Below, piece by piece: positions 23,123-36,769 of a DNA stretch of 64,000 bases. Source of the DNA: the human T2T-CHM13v2.0 reference genome, Homo sapiens. The notes under the pieces were generated by a model. It was not told the origin of the DNA, ran no database searches, and saw only the letters and a program-made list of their open reading frames with translations. Both the position numbers and the translations under genes were made by a program. Each line of letters opens with the position of its first letter. Position 1 is the first letter of the stretch. The stretch lies in assembly GCF_009914755.1 (NCBI RefSeq), contig NC_060944.1; one strand, given 5' to 3'.

Positions 23123-26100
23123 GTGAGTGGACATGGCTGGCTTGGGGTGGGTAGTCCGTGGAGATGAAGTGGAGAGGGCCTTGGGCTTCCTGGGTCTGGA
23201 AGGCTGGGGAAATGACAGTTTTCAGACATTTGATTGCGTTTAAGCCAAGGGAGTGAAGAGAAGGCAGATTGCACTTCTCCATCCCTGGCAGAGGCCATAC
23301 CACCTAGGGGATGGTGAGCCTTGGAGCCTGCCTGCCTTGGTACACACCCCAGCTCCCTTCGCTAGGTGTGTGGCCTCAGTTTCCTCACCCGTAAAATGGG
23401 AGTGGTCACAGCACATCTGAGTTCTCTGAATGGAGGGCCTAGGGTGGGCCTGGTGCAGGTAACGCCCTCTTGAAGTGTTTGCTGATGACTCTTAGGGACT
23501 GGCAGGCTGAGTTCTTCCCCAGGCACTCCTCTCACCTGTTCTAGTGCTGGGGCAGGTGGTGGCAGTAGGTCATTGCTACCAAGGTCTGATGTTTGTGAAC
23601 GTTGCTGTAGATACGATGTGTTTGGGGTGGAGGCCACCTGCCTGAGTGGCCTGGCCTATGGGCTTCTAGTCTGACTCATTTACAAGCAGCGCAGCCCACT
23701 CTTCTCCATCCTAAAACGCCTCCCACCTCCCTGCCCTTTTTTAAAACATCTAGTAAGTCCTGGCAGCTGCTTGGGGAGGGACACACACACTTAAGGGATA
23801 CAAAGAGTCCTGCCTTGCGGCCTGCCTCCCCACCCCCATGATGGATGGAAGCTGTCTGCCCTAGCGCCGTGGCATATTGATGGGGTTGGAGTTGGAGGGG
23901 AAGGCAGCTCAGAGACCACCACCCCTTTCAGGGCATTGGCACTTCATGAACTTTCTGAATCCAAATCCCTAATGCCAGTTGATCACGTGTGTGTGCTCAC
24001 GCGTGTGCACACCACGTAGATTCCATTGAGAGAGACACAGCTTGAGGAGTAACCTGCCTGACTGGGGCAGTGTGGACAAGGATCCTGTGGAACCCGGCTG
24101 AGCCTGGCTCCCAGGTGAATGGGTCAGAGGCCCCAGCAGAAGTTGCTGTGCCCACTTTTTGGGAACGCTTGGGGTGACTCGGGGGCTCCCTGCTGGCTTC
24201 CGTGTGTATTGGTGGATGTGTGCAAGTGTAGCAGTGGGAGGAGCCGCTGGCTGAGGGGTGCTGGAGGGTGGCCGGGGCCCTTCTAGCCTGTGCGAGTGGC
24301 CGGGCAGCTCAGGTTCCTGCCGGGGTGCCTCTGTCCTCCTGGGAAGGGAGCGTGTAGGGTGGTGGGAGCAGGCGGCCCTGTCCGTCTCGTCCTGGAATGT
24401 GTTTTGTAGATGTCTAGAGTCGTCTTAGAGGGTGTTTGGGGACACTGTAGCCTTCATGCCTTCACCGAGATTCTTCCTATGGGGTTCAGGCCACATGAAG
24501 AGGGTGTTCCTTGTTTTCCAGAACCTTGGCTCCATTCCCCAGGCCCACAGCAGGCGCCTGGGGGCATGGACTGGGCGGGAGCAGCTGCCCAGAGGTGAGG
24601 GTGTGTGCCTCCAGTGCCTGCAGCTCTTTTCTGCTTACAGTGGGATAAGGCCTTCCCACGTGCGTCTGGGCTCGCTCTGATCCACACAGCTACCTCTGGG
24701 ACTCCATACCCATCAGTGCTTGGCCTCTGGGGCCTGCAGAGGTGGGTTCGAATCCTGACTTTGCCCCTTACCAGCTGGGTCTGTCTTGGCAGTGGCATCC
24801 TCATCCGGAAAACAGGAACATTAACTGCTTAAAACAGTGCGCAGGCATGTGGGCTGGGTGCTCTGGCCTCCTCAGAAGTCCTCTCCTGTCCTCATAGCAG
24901 GCCTCTGAGGATGGGACTGAAACCATTCTTACTTTATAGATGGGGAAACTGAGGCAGAGAAAGGCTAACCACCTGTCTGGGCCTGGGGGCGGGTGGCAGG
25001 GCCAGGGTGGGGAGGCGTGAGGTAATAGACGTCCAGGAGGAGATTGGAACACAGGTGGTGGGTGCCTGAACGCATGCTTTCTTGGTGGGGGACGGTGGGA
25101 AGGGCCCTGGCCCGACCTTTCCCTTGCTGTCCTGGAGTCCTGTGAACACCACCCATCCAGAAGCAGTTGGGATCGGTCACAGAGTTTGCCACTGTGTGCC
25201 CCCGACTTCAGGCGACGGTGTTTTGTAACTAAATCTGCTGGCTGGCCATTTAATACTTGTGACGATGAAGAGGCCGCAGACTCTATTTGTTGGTTGCCAA
25301 AGGGTGGAGACCCAAACAGGGACGGTGTCAGAGGGGCCATCCGCTCTTGGCTTCCTGGGAGATCTGAACTCAAGCCTCTGAGAATCGCGCTGCCTCCTGC
25401 CCCTGCCTGGGCCTTACTGAGGTGGGTAGGGGGAGGCTCCCGGGTGCAGCTCCAGGGAGGCAGCGGGGCAGGCTGCCTGGGTCAGCTGTCTGCCCCCAGC
25501 CCCCGCCCGCTGACGGAGCTGGAGAGCTGGGCCGGAGCTGGAGAGCTGGGCCGTCAGCGTCCCTTTTGTCTTTGTGAACAATCAGGCCCCGGGAGCACAG
25601 CCGGGCCTGACTCAGCGGCCAGTTTTGTCGGCCTTGGGCTGGCAGCGACTTGCTGTTGGCTGAGGGCATGGAGGGAGGTGGGAGCCAGGAGCCCAGGCAG
25701 CTGAGGGTTGTCCACCAGTTAACCCCTTCCGTGCCTGGCTGAACTCTTCCTCGACTTTCTGACCCCGACCTTTTATACCTTGCCCTGGACAACTCTGAAG
25801 ATCCCACAGCTCTGCTTTTAGGCAAGACCCTGTGGAATCTTCTTCGCCTGGCTGGGTCTTAAATGTTAGTTTAGAATGATTTACCAAAGAACTTTACACT
25901 TTATGCTATTTGCCGGAGTTTCCTTGCCTCTTTTCCTTTTTTTAAGTTGAACAAGCTCTGTGAGACCTAACTCACCTGTGCATTTCTGACCTAACTGTAT
26001 GTGGCCACTGTCCGCGGTTTGGAGGAGCCTTCCTCGGCAGTGGCAAGCACGTGGTAGTCACAGCAGGAGCCGGTGGCCGTGGCCCACCAAGGGTGTCTGC

Positions 26101-26382
26101 CAGCTGAGTGTGTCTGTCACCTGCCGGTGGGAGGGGAGGTGCAGCAGTCTGGAGAGGGTCTGTGTCCAGGCAGAGCTTAGTCTGGCCTGGAAGGGTGCCC
26201 TGAGTCAAGGGGTGTCTGTCCATTCTTGGGCTGAGGGCACCGGGAGCAGAGGTTTGTCCTGGGACTAGCTGCACCCAGAGCCTCTCCTTGGGTTATTTTT
26301 GAAGGGCCAGCTGCTTCCCTGGGTGCGGGTCTCCCTGCCTGTTAAGGGGGCCTGGCTGTGGCCTTGACTCCCGTTCACAGAG

Positions 26383-26770
26383 TGCCTCATATGTACATTA
26401 TAGAACGTTTGAAGGGGGTGGAATATCCCTGGCCTCCACCCCTAGAAGCCAGTAGCATTGCCTCGCCCAAGTCATGACTACCAAAAATGTCTCCAGACAT
26501 TGCCAAATGTCCCCTGGATTTAGTGGCATGAGGACCAGTATCTGTGAGTCTCTTGGACCTTGCCTCATGGTCACAAGATGACTGCCACGGCTCCAGACAT
26601 CCCACCCACGTTCAGGGCAGAAAGGACAATAAGGGCCAGTACGAACTGCCTCTGTCTTTTTTAGCAGAAAAATGGAAGTTTTCACAGAGGCCACAACAGG
26701 CTTCCACTTAAGTCTCACTGGCCACAACTGGGTGACAGGACACGGCCACCACAGGGGCTCTGAGATGAGA
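26383..26770 (-). mobile_element. MER20 fragment (26383-26517) followed by an old MLT1 LTR fragment
   Basis: ccaaaaatgtctccagacattgccaaatgtcccctgg (MER20); tgcctcatggtcacaagatgactgcc (MLT1J/K-like). Confidence 0.7.
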
Positions 26771-27482
26771 AGACAGGCTCCTCGGACTCCGGAGTGTCAG
26801 GTACAGGCTGTATCCAGGAGCAAGAGCCCTGGGGGTCTGCCTGGGCTTAAGGCCAGGCCCAGCCTGTCTCTGCAGGCTCCTCCCCATCTGTGAGTGAGAA
26901 CGGTCACACTGCCTTCCCTACAGGGCCAACTTGACTGTGTGTGGAGGGCCTGGCCCTGGGAAGTCACGGTTTGTCAGTGACGCATCTCTTGCCGGCCCTG
27001 CTTCAGGGTCTGTTGATTGATTACCTGTGCAAAACCGAGGCTTAGAGCAACTGAGAGACTTGCTGAGTTCACACATCCCAGGATGGTGGGGCCTGAGCTG
27101 TGGGCTGCGAGACTCTTGTCCCTCCCACAAGGACTCAACGCCTCCCTCTGGCTAGATGGCAGCTCTTGGATGATTCAGAGCACAAGGCCTCGAGACTGAT
27201 GATGACCGTGAGACCCTCTCCCAGGCATGTGCCTGCCCCACTGCATGTATAGTTTCAGGGACCCCTACGTCCTTTGTGTGAAGGTCTCTGGTGCCCACTG
27301 GGTAGTAGATGGCTGCCCTTACCATCACGGGGCCTTGGTGTGTGCACACCACGGGGCCTGGACAGAGCACCTGGGTCCCCAGAGCAAGAGGACGTACTGG
27401 GGAGGCAGTGATGGGAAGATGTCTGTCTCCTTGAGAGCATGGGATGCACAAGCTGGGGAGAATGTCAACAGCTACTCCCAGC

Positions 27483-27976
27483 ATCATTCATTCATCAGGT
27501 GTTTATTGAGTGCTTGCTGTATGCCAGACCTGGTGCCAGGGATCCTTTGAATAAGAAAGACACGGTCCCCGATCTCGTGCTCACATTCTGTTTGTGCACT
27601 CGTGGGCCCACATGGTGATGCGTGCAGTTAAACAGGAAGCTGGCGGAATGAGTGCCTGCGTGGGGACGGAACAGTTCCGCGTCTCGAGTACAGTGGTGGG
27701 GAGATGTGTCTGTGTGTGTGATAAAGCTTCACAGTTTGTGTGTAACTACACATGACATGTAAGAATGTTGGTGTGTGTAGAAGATGATGCAGCGTGCTGA
27801 AGGCCTGCAGTCCAGGTCATAGCAGTGTGCCTGGGTTAGTGTCCTGGTTTTGCTCATGTCCTTAGTTACTCTGATGTGCCCTTGGGGGATGGAGGAGGTA
27901 GGGTACACAGGATCTCTCTGTACTGTTTTTGCAACTTCTTGGGAGTCTTTTATTATTTTATAATACAAAGTGAAAC
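27483..27976. mobile_element. L2(-) 3' end (27483-27600) and L1M(+) 3' end (~27750-27976)
   Basis: cattcattcatcaggtgtttattgagtgcttgctgtatgccag; gggtacacaggatctctctgtactgtttttgcaactt. Confidence 0.65.
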
Positions 27977-28007
27977 AAAGCCAGAGGAGCTGTTTGCAGG
28001 TGATGGC

Positions 28008-28032
28008 GTGTGTGTGTGTGTGTGTGTGTGTG
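28008..28032. repeat. (TG)n microsatellite
   Basis: About 12 uninterrupted TG units. Confidence 0.9.
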
Positions 28033-31000
28033 TACGCACGCACACGTGTGCGGGCGTGCTGGGGAAGGCTCCACTGAGGATGGCGGAAATGGGCCCTGTT
28101 GGCTTCTGGGGAAGAGCGAGCAGCCCAGGCCCAGGGTGACAGGCCAGCTGCAGGTCGCCGTGGCGGGCACAGGGTGAGCACCGCAGGGCAGGGGCAGAAG
28201 CTGAGGTCAGAGCCAGGCGGCATGGGGGCTGGGAGGAAGTGACTCCCCCCAACACTGTGGCGTCACGTTTTCACCCTCAGGGTGTCTCGTGGTGGCCCCG
28301 CCGCCCCCCTGCCCCCCCACAAGGCTTCCTGTTTGGCAGCTCATCTGGAGCCAGGCGTGGGCTGCACCGTGGCCCTCCTGGGCGGGCGCCCGTGCCGCAC
28401 CTGTTGTTTGTCCTGTCTGCTGAAACAGAAAGCAGCCTTTGGGTGGCGGGGGCTCTTCTCCGAGCATGAGTTCTCACCCTGGCTCCCTGCTGGGCTTGGG
28501 GAGCCTCTTCTGGAAGCCTTGGGCCAAGGGGCACAGCTTTGTCTCAGGGTAGAAGCCTGATCACAGACTGAGTGGAGGCCCAAGCTCGAGCTTTCCTCGT
28601 TTAGCCTCAGTTTCACCTTGTGTCCAGGGTGGACAGGCTGATAACTCTGCAGTGTGCTTGCGGGCATCAGGACCTTCCTGCTGATCTCATTTGGATAGAG
28701 TAGGGAGCTGGACACTGGGTCAGCTTGTCTGACAGATCTTTGCTTGCTTTGTGCCAGGCTGGGGATGCCTGCCATGGGGGTGAGGGGAGACCCGGTCCCA
28801 GCTCCTAATCACAGTGCTTTCTGCAGCGAGGTGCTGAGAGGAGGACAGAGACAAAGGAGGTCAGCATGCCTCAGAAGGCGACAGGAGCTGGGGAGGGGAA
28901 GGGAGCAGCCGGGGAGGCTCAGGGCCCGACAGGGTAGCCTCAGCTCCTAGAGGACTTTGATGACCCAGGGAGGCACTGCTACATTCCTCCAAGTGACACC
29001 GGACCACGCAGGCTCCGAGCGGAGGAGGGATGGGTCAGTCTGCATTTTTGTTTTCAGAGTGTTTTTGCTTCTGGCTGCTGGGTTGAGCCTGGACTGCCGA
29101 GGGTATTGTGGTGGTTGGAGGCCCTTAGAGGATGCCCAGTAATCCAGGCATGAGACGAGGGTGCTGCCTGCACCAGCGGCCCTGGTGAGATACAGTGAGA
29201 TTCTGGGTGTCTATTTTAAAGAACCTGGGAAAGAAAGAGGAGTCCAAGAAGATTCTGGAGCTTTGGGCCTTTGAAATGGGAGATGGGCTTGGCCCTGACT
29301 GGGGTGGAGGCAGCTGTGCAGTACAGTTTTGGGGAGAAGGTCAGGAGTTGGAGTTTGGGCCGGTTCAGGTGGAGATGCTGTTCCGGGCCTGGCATTGCCC
29401 CACAGAGAGGGCGTTCGACCTGTGTCCTGTGGCTGGCTGCCCCACAGAACTTGAATGTCCCTAGACCTCCCGGCCCTCCCTCTCACAAGTCACTGGGGAT
29501 TCCCGGGAGGCAGGGCCATGGCCTGGCTTCCTGCCTGCCAGGCGCCTCGGGGACCTTCCCACACCCAGCCAGGCGGGAGTCAGAACCCTAAGAGCTGCGG
29601 TCCGTCTCTGCCGAGGTGGGGCAAGGCCCCTGGAGAGCAGGGAAAGTGAAATGGGCTCATTTGCCTTTTTCGTTTTTATTTTCAGAGGCGACTTTATGTT
29701 CAGAAAATGAGTCCTCCTGGGCCGTGGTCAGTTCTTTTCGCTGCGAGTTCTGCTTTGAGTGTGGGCAGCATGTGTCCCCAGCACCATCTGTACTTCTCTC
29801 TCCCGCCCACCACGGGGTTCTCAGACTCTGCCGGAGGCCCAAGCCCTCTGTCTTGGGGGCAATCTGTTGGACTCTGCAGCATCCTTAGTTTACAGATGGG
29901 GAAACAGAGGCCGGAGGGGCTGAGTGATGGTCCATGCGACTTGGACAGGCATGGCCAGGATCCGGGCTTGGGGCTCTTCCTGCCCTTGGACCCCTGAGTC
30001 TCTGTGGACAGAGTCAGCTGGGGTGCTCTTGACTGTGTGCTGACCCTGGGTGTGTTGGGGTGCAAATGCTGCCTGGGCCACGTGTGAACGGGAAGGGAGG
30101 CAGGCACCTCAGATTTCCAGTCTGGACCAGGCTCGGGGTCCCCCTGTCCTCTCCTGGGCTGTGGCAGAGCCAGCTCCTCCTGCATGCCCAACCCTCCCGG
30201 CATGGCCTGGCCTTTCCAGCCCTAATGGTGGCCCGTTTCAGTGGCTCCGTGATTTGGGGGTTTGGTGTTGCCCAGGCTCCGGCACTAGAGGGAAGCAGAG
30301 AACCCCTGAGTCATCCTTCCGCAGACACCCCGGACCCCAGCTAGGTGCCTGTGCCCAGTGTCCAGCGTTGCAGTGGGGCTTGGGTGGCATGTGGGGGGTC
30401 TGTCCCACCCATTCCTGTGGTTTCTTCCTTGGCTCTGCCTGGACTTTGCACACGTGGTGGGATTAATTCTCTGGTAAACAGATCCGCCTCTGATTGGTGC
30501 AAGACCCTTCTCTGGGGTCTTGGTGGGAGGATAGAAGTTTTCTGCAGAGGATGAGGAGGCACAGACGCCCGGTTGTTCTGAGGCCGGAACTTGGAAGGAA
30601 ACTGGAAGGGAAGGAGGCTCCTGCCCTCTCCTTTGAGGTTACAGCTGGGCTGTGGCTCTGCAACCCTGGGGAGCGCGTGGGACTCCAGCAGCGGCCGTAC
30701 AGAGGGCCGATTCCAAAGTGGCTTCTAGAGGAGGGAGCAAGTGCCGTGTGCCCAAAGAGGCCGGTGGGCCCTGGCCAAACAGGAGCAGCCCTGATGAGCA
30801 TTGGGTCCCCCGACCTTTGGGCTCCTACCTGACTGCGCCTGGCCGCTGGTCTGTTTTGCTCACCAAGGGTTCTTGGCTGCTGCCCCCTGACCTGGGGCTG
30901 AAAGTCCTAGGAGAGGGAGGGCCTCTGTCCCTCCCAGCATTCCTCAGGCCCAAGGAGGCGTCGATGCTGCTGAAGTCTCTGGGGTGCACAGAAGCAATAG

Positions 31001-31691
31001 ATCCTCACAGCAGCCCCCTGGGGCGTGTGGTTCCCCAGAGGCAGTGATGAGGTCACCCGGGGCCGCCAGGCACCTGGTCGGGGAGCAGAGGCTGGCGGGC
31101 TGTGCCTGTCTAGCTGTGACTTGCTGGGTGGAGCCGTGCCTGCCTGTCCCTCCAGCCTGCCCAGCCCTGGCTGCTCAAGGCTGAACTGCTTTCTCTGCCT
31201 TCTTGGGGCAGGGACTCTTGGCCTGGGAAGCAGAGGCCATTCCACGGGGGGGCTCTTTTGCCTCCCAGCTACCTGCAAAGCCGGGGCCTGCCTCAGATGC
31301 TCAGCACTGGGCACCTGCTGTGCTGGGGCACTTGGGACGCAGCAGCTGAGACCCTGCTCTTGTGGGGAAGACATTGTGCAAGGTAGATGATGAAGGGGCT
31401 TCCGATCATAAGGAAACAGAGCCGCCTGGGTGGACCCCTGAGGGGTGAGCTTTGAGCTGTGGGAAGAAGCAAGTGCATAGGTGCGAAGGTCCTGTGGTGG
31501 GAAGGAGTCGAATCTGGGAACAGAAGGAGCCCAGGGCAGTGGGAGTGTGGCCAGGGAGGGCGCAGTGCAAGTGGAGATGAGTTAGAAGAGGTAGGTTGAG
31601 GCCTAATAACGCAGGAAGCCACAAGGGAGCAGTTTGGGTTTTCTTCTGGGTACAGTGGGAGGCAGCTGGAGGGTTCTGCTTCTGGAGGTGA

Positions 31692-31985
<294 letters not shown>

Positions 31986-32715
31986 GGTCTTGATGTTTTT
32001 AAGACAGCTCCAACTGCTGCTGGGTGAAGGATTCAGGGATGGAGGCAGGTCTCCACCACCACCAAGGCAGGGCCACGCCACTGCGCCCGCCTGGAGAGTC
32101 GGTGATGAAGGAGAGGGAGGATCGGAGAATTGAGGGATGGAAGCAGGGAGCTCCCTGTTGGATGGTGTGGGCATAGGCTGCAGTGGGGGTGAGTGGGCAG
32201 GGCAGTGCCTGGGTGGCCTGGTGGGCTCTTCACTGAGGTGGAGAGTGCAGGAGAGTCCCACCAGGGCCAGGCAGACACGTGCCCTGGCAGGCGAGCCTGT
32301 GCAGGGGACACACTTGGTGGGTGGGGCGGCGTGCAGCTACCAGGCTGTGCCCTTGTGTGCAGAGGCTGTGGCACCTGAGCTTTCTGAGCATGGCGTGTGA
32401 GTGGGGATGCTGAGGAACCTGCCTGGTGCGTGCACCCGCTCCCCATTGCCAGGCAGTGAAGCCTTGGGCCTGCGGCCGGGGCGGGGCCGCCCTTGGACAG
32501 TGCAGGGCCGGTGGTTTGGCTGCATTTTTCTTTCTCACCTGACCACTCAGTGGGTTCGCCCATGCGTGCGTGGCTGCATGAGCCCCTCTGTCTCTCTTTG
32601 CTCCCACCTGCCTTCTTTGTGGCCGCCCGGCGTGGGCACCTGTGGTCAGAGCAGCAGTGAGGATCCCTTGTCTTTGCCCTTCCCCTTCCCCATGTGGTTT
32701 CTGATGGTCCACAGT

Positions 32716-32945
32716 CGGGCGTCTCAGCCTTGGCACTGCGGACCTTTAGGACGGCATCGTTCTTTGTTGTGGGGGCACCCTGAGCATTGTAGGAAGCGGT
32801 CAGCACCCCTGGCCTCGACCCCTAATGTCAGCAGCACCCCCACCCGCACCTCATATTCCTGGTTGTCAGTTGTGACAACTAGGACCGTCCCTAGGCATTT
32901 TCCAGTGTCCCCTGGGGGCACAGTTGTCCTGGTTGGGAATCGCTG
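32716..32945 (-). mobile_element. Near full-length MER20 DNA transposon
   Basis: tctcagccttggcactg...tctttgttgtggggg...tgtgacaac...gtcccctggggg...ggttgggaatcgctg. Confidence 0.75.
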
Positions 32946-33230
32946 TTCTAGTGGCACCTCTAGGCCTCACAGCAAGCTTTTGAGGTCAGCCTCTGTAGGA
33001 CCCAACTTACAGATGAGGAAACTGCGCCTTGGAAGTTTTGAAACCTGTTTGGTAACTCAGACAAGTGCAGGGGCGAGGCGCAACCCTAGGAGGGAGAGAA
33101 GCTGCTGGAACCCAGCTCCTGCCTGGCGGGGCTTCGTGGCTGCTTCTACCTTAACTTCAGCCGGTGTTCTCACTCCCCCTTGGGGCTTGAGGTGTGGCCC
33201 GTGCTGTGCCTTCCTTTTATTTTGAGCTGA

Positions 33231-33677
<447 letters not shown>

Positions 33678-35475
33678 TTCCGTGGCTTTGAAAATGCTTC
33701 GTAAGTTATCCCAGGCCCTTTACGTACAGAAAGATGAGTAGATACCGACATGCAGTGTCTGCAAGGGTCAGGAAACAGGAGAGCCCCGCCTTCCTCCCCA
33801 GCCTAAACATTGCTCACCCACGCTTGTGTTTGAGTGTCCCTGAGTAGGGCAGCTCCTTGGTGGCCAAGGCAGCGCTCTGGCCCCGATGATGTGGGGCATC
33901 AGAACCCGATAGAAATGACGCAGCCCTCGAGGTGAGTGTGGCCGGAACCCAGCTGCCCCACAGCCCCAGGCACTTGTGTTCTGTGTCCCTGGTCTGGGCA
34001 GCGGTTCTTGAATGCAGCTGTGGATCAGGACCCCGGGGCCTGTTCTTGCACATTCCTGGGCCCCATCTGCCTTTGCAGTCTGCATGGGATCCACATTTTT
34101 AGCAAAACCTTGCGGGGAGATGTCTGAGGCAGGGGCATCACTGCCCATGTTTGGAGAAGGTGTGTGGGTTCAAAGCTTCCATAGCCTCCAACTAAGGAAT
34201 GTTTTCGAGGTTCTGAGAGCTGGGTCGGGGGGGCACTGATGATGCCAGGGACAGCCTGCTGGGCACAGCCCCAAGACAGTCCTTGCTGTGTCTCCACTCG
34301 CCCCCTTCCCAAGGGAGGCCTCCGAGACCCTTCTGGGGCCCCCTGCCTCCGCTGGCCAGAGCTCCTCATCCTTCTCAGTGGGGTCTGTGCCACCCACCGG
34401 GCCTTTGTTCCGTCAGCACCATGTGCCCAGTGCCTCCTACAGGCCTGGTCCTGGCAGAGAGCTGGGAGTCCAGACAGAGCCATCTCCCTGACAGAACGCC
34501 ATCCAGTGGGGCATCGGGCAGCGTAGCGAGGTGAGGGGCTGGCCTCCATGTGGGGTTGGGCCTCGCCAGGTTAAGGGCTCCAGGCAGAGGCATTGGCAGG
34601 TGCCAGGCCCAGGTGGGGAGGATGCGAGGGATTGAGGCGCTGTGGGGCATGGGCCGGCACCAGGGTGGACCTGGGTGTGCAGTGGAAGCCAGGGGTCAGC
34701 AGACCCGGCCGCCCCCATGGTGGAGGTGCCACGAGAGGGTTGTGCACAGAGGCTGCCGGCTGCCCTCATCCACTCTTCAGACACTCAGACTGGCGCCTGC
34801 CTCCGCCCTTGTGCCGCCATGCTGCTCCCCTGTGGCCAGCTCTGCCTCATCATTAGGTCTCTGCAGGCATCCCCTCCTTCAAGAAGCCACCCTGGCCTTT
34901 CCCCCATCGCTGTCCACACATCACAGCCCTCTGCTGTCTTGACTTCCCCTGAGCCCCCCACTCTGGTTTATGGGTTGGTGCATTTTGGTGCCTCTCCCAT
35001 CCTAGAAGCTAAGCCCCTCGAGGGCAGGGGCTCTGTGGTCTGCTCCTCTCTGCATCCTGGCAGATATGTGAGAAAGGCGTCACAGCTCGAGAGTCAGAAT
35101 TCAAACCCAGGCCTGGCTCCGCGCGAGGCCCTTGTTCCCATGGAGGATGCAGGGTGGACAGCAGAGGCTTCTAACCTGGGGAGAGGGACAGGAGGCGCCA
35201 CTGCGGGGTTCCTGGCAGGAGCTGCCTGGGCCTCTGGACAGATGCTGTGGAGGGTTGGCCGTGTGGGCTGCAGGTGTGGCCACAGCAGCCACTAGGATGG
35301 CTCAACCTTGGAAGGTAAACAGTAGTAGAGAGGGTGACGCAGTGTAGAAACTTCCCACACACTTCCCAGATGGGGTGGGGGGAGCAAGAGGCCCTGTCGT
35401 CCAGGTTTTCCTGGTTCCCACCGTTGCTGTAGGGCTGCAGGATCCACTGAGTGCACCTGCCTTTGTGCTGGAAGC

Positions 35476-35622
35476 CAGGGCTCCTCTCTGACCCTGAGGG
35501 TCCCTGGCTCTGGGGAGGGAGCTCGCAGGGCTCCTCTCTGACCCTGAGGGTCCCTGGCTCTGGGGAGGGAGCTCGCAGGGCTCCTCTCTGACACTGAGGG
35601 TCCCTGGCTCTGGGGAGGGAGC
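35476..35622. repeat. 50-bp minisatellite, ~2.9 copies, in RBM38 intron 3
   Basis: CAGGGCTCCTCTCTGACCCTGAGGGTCCCTGGCTCTGGGGAGGGAGCTCG; one substitution among the copies. Confidence 0.95.
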
Positions 35623-36469
35623 ACTGTGTTTTCAGTGCCCACATGTTGCCAAACCGCGCTCCAGAAAGCTGCCCAGTTTCTGTCCCTGCCGAACGCAGGA
35701 GAATGCAGGGAAGGATGTTGTACTTTTTCTCCAGAGCTGCTTCCCTTGAGGGGGGCCCCTGCCTACAGGTCAGAAGGAAGCTGAGGTTCCAAGTCACCCC
35801 CCAGGCGGGCCTGGCCTGTGTAACACGCAGGCGTGCAAGGCAGAGGAGATACTGATGCCCAGGGCACAGTGCCGTGCCCTGGAAGACCACTCCGTGCCTC
35901 GGACTCTGCAGCAGCTTCTGATGCCGCGGAGGTGGCTGTTCTGTTGCAGACGGGAAACTGAGGCTTAGCGGCTTGCCCCAGGCCACCGAGCAGCTGGTTG
36001 GCAGAGCAGGCACACGCCAGGAGAGCTGCCTCCCTGAGCCTCATTTCCCCCTGTGCTGAGGGCTGGGCATGCTGTTGTATGGCCAGCCCACAGCAGGCAG
36101 GAAGTGTTGGCCTCAATGCGTTTCCACAGTGGCCTGCCCAGGTAGGGTTAAGAGCACAGCTCTGAGGCCGGCTGACTCCTGGCCCCTCCACCTCATCAGC
36201 TGTAGGACCTTGGGCAACTCACCTGGCCCCGTGTGTGAAATGGGCCTCATGATGGGAAGACCAAGCCGACGGGGTGACGCACCCAGTCACAGTACGGGTC
36301 TCCCCCCAGCGTGGGCGCTGGCGAGTATGGCAGCTGTTGGCGCCATCATCTCTGTGGTCACCGCCATTGCACTCCTTTGCTCCAGCATTCACGCAGTCAC
36401 TCTCACATCCTCACGGAGCTGCTGCAGGCCAGAGTCCATGCTGGCAGGGACAGAAAGAAACCCTGTGAG

Positions 36470-36769
36470 GGCTGGGCACGGTGGCTCACGCCTGTAATCC
36501 CAGCACTTTGGGAGGCCGAGGTGGGCGGATCATGAGGTCAGGAGATCGGGACCATCCTGGCTAACACGGTGAAACCTCATCTCTACTAAAAATACAAAAA
36601 AATTAGCCGAGCGTGGTGGCGGGCACCTGTAGTCCCAGCTACTCAGGAGGCTGAGGCAGGAGAATGGCGTGAACCCGGGTGGCGGAGCTTGCAGTGAGCG
36701 GAGATCCCGCCACTGCACTCCAGCCTGGGGAACAGAGCGAGACTCTGTCTCAAAAAAAAAAAAAAAAAC
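36470..36769 (+). mobile_element. AluY with target-site duplication AAACCCTGTGAG
   Basis: AluY diagnostics (accatcctggctaacacggtg, gaatggcgtgaaccc); TSD at 36458-36469 and 36770-36781. Confidence 0.93.

Noticed and set aside
19200-23150. p53 response elements (RBM38 is a known p53-family target)
   Set aside because: Only degenerate half-sites were visible (e.g. near 19243, 23030, 23129); I could not place a convincing full site without a PWM scan or ChIP data
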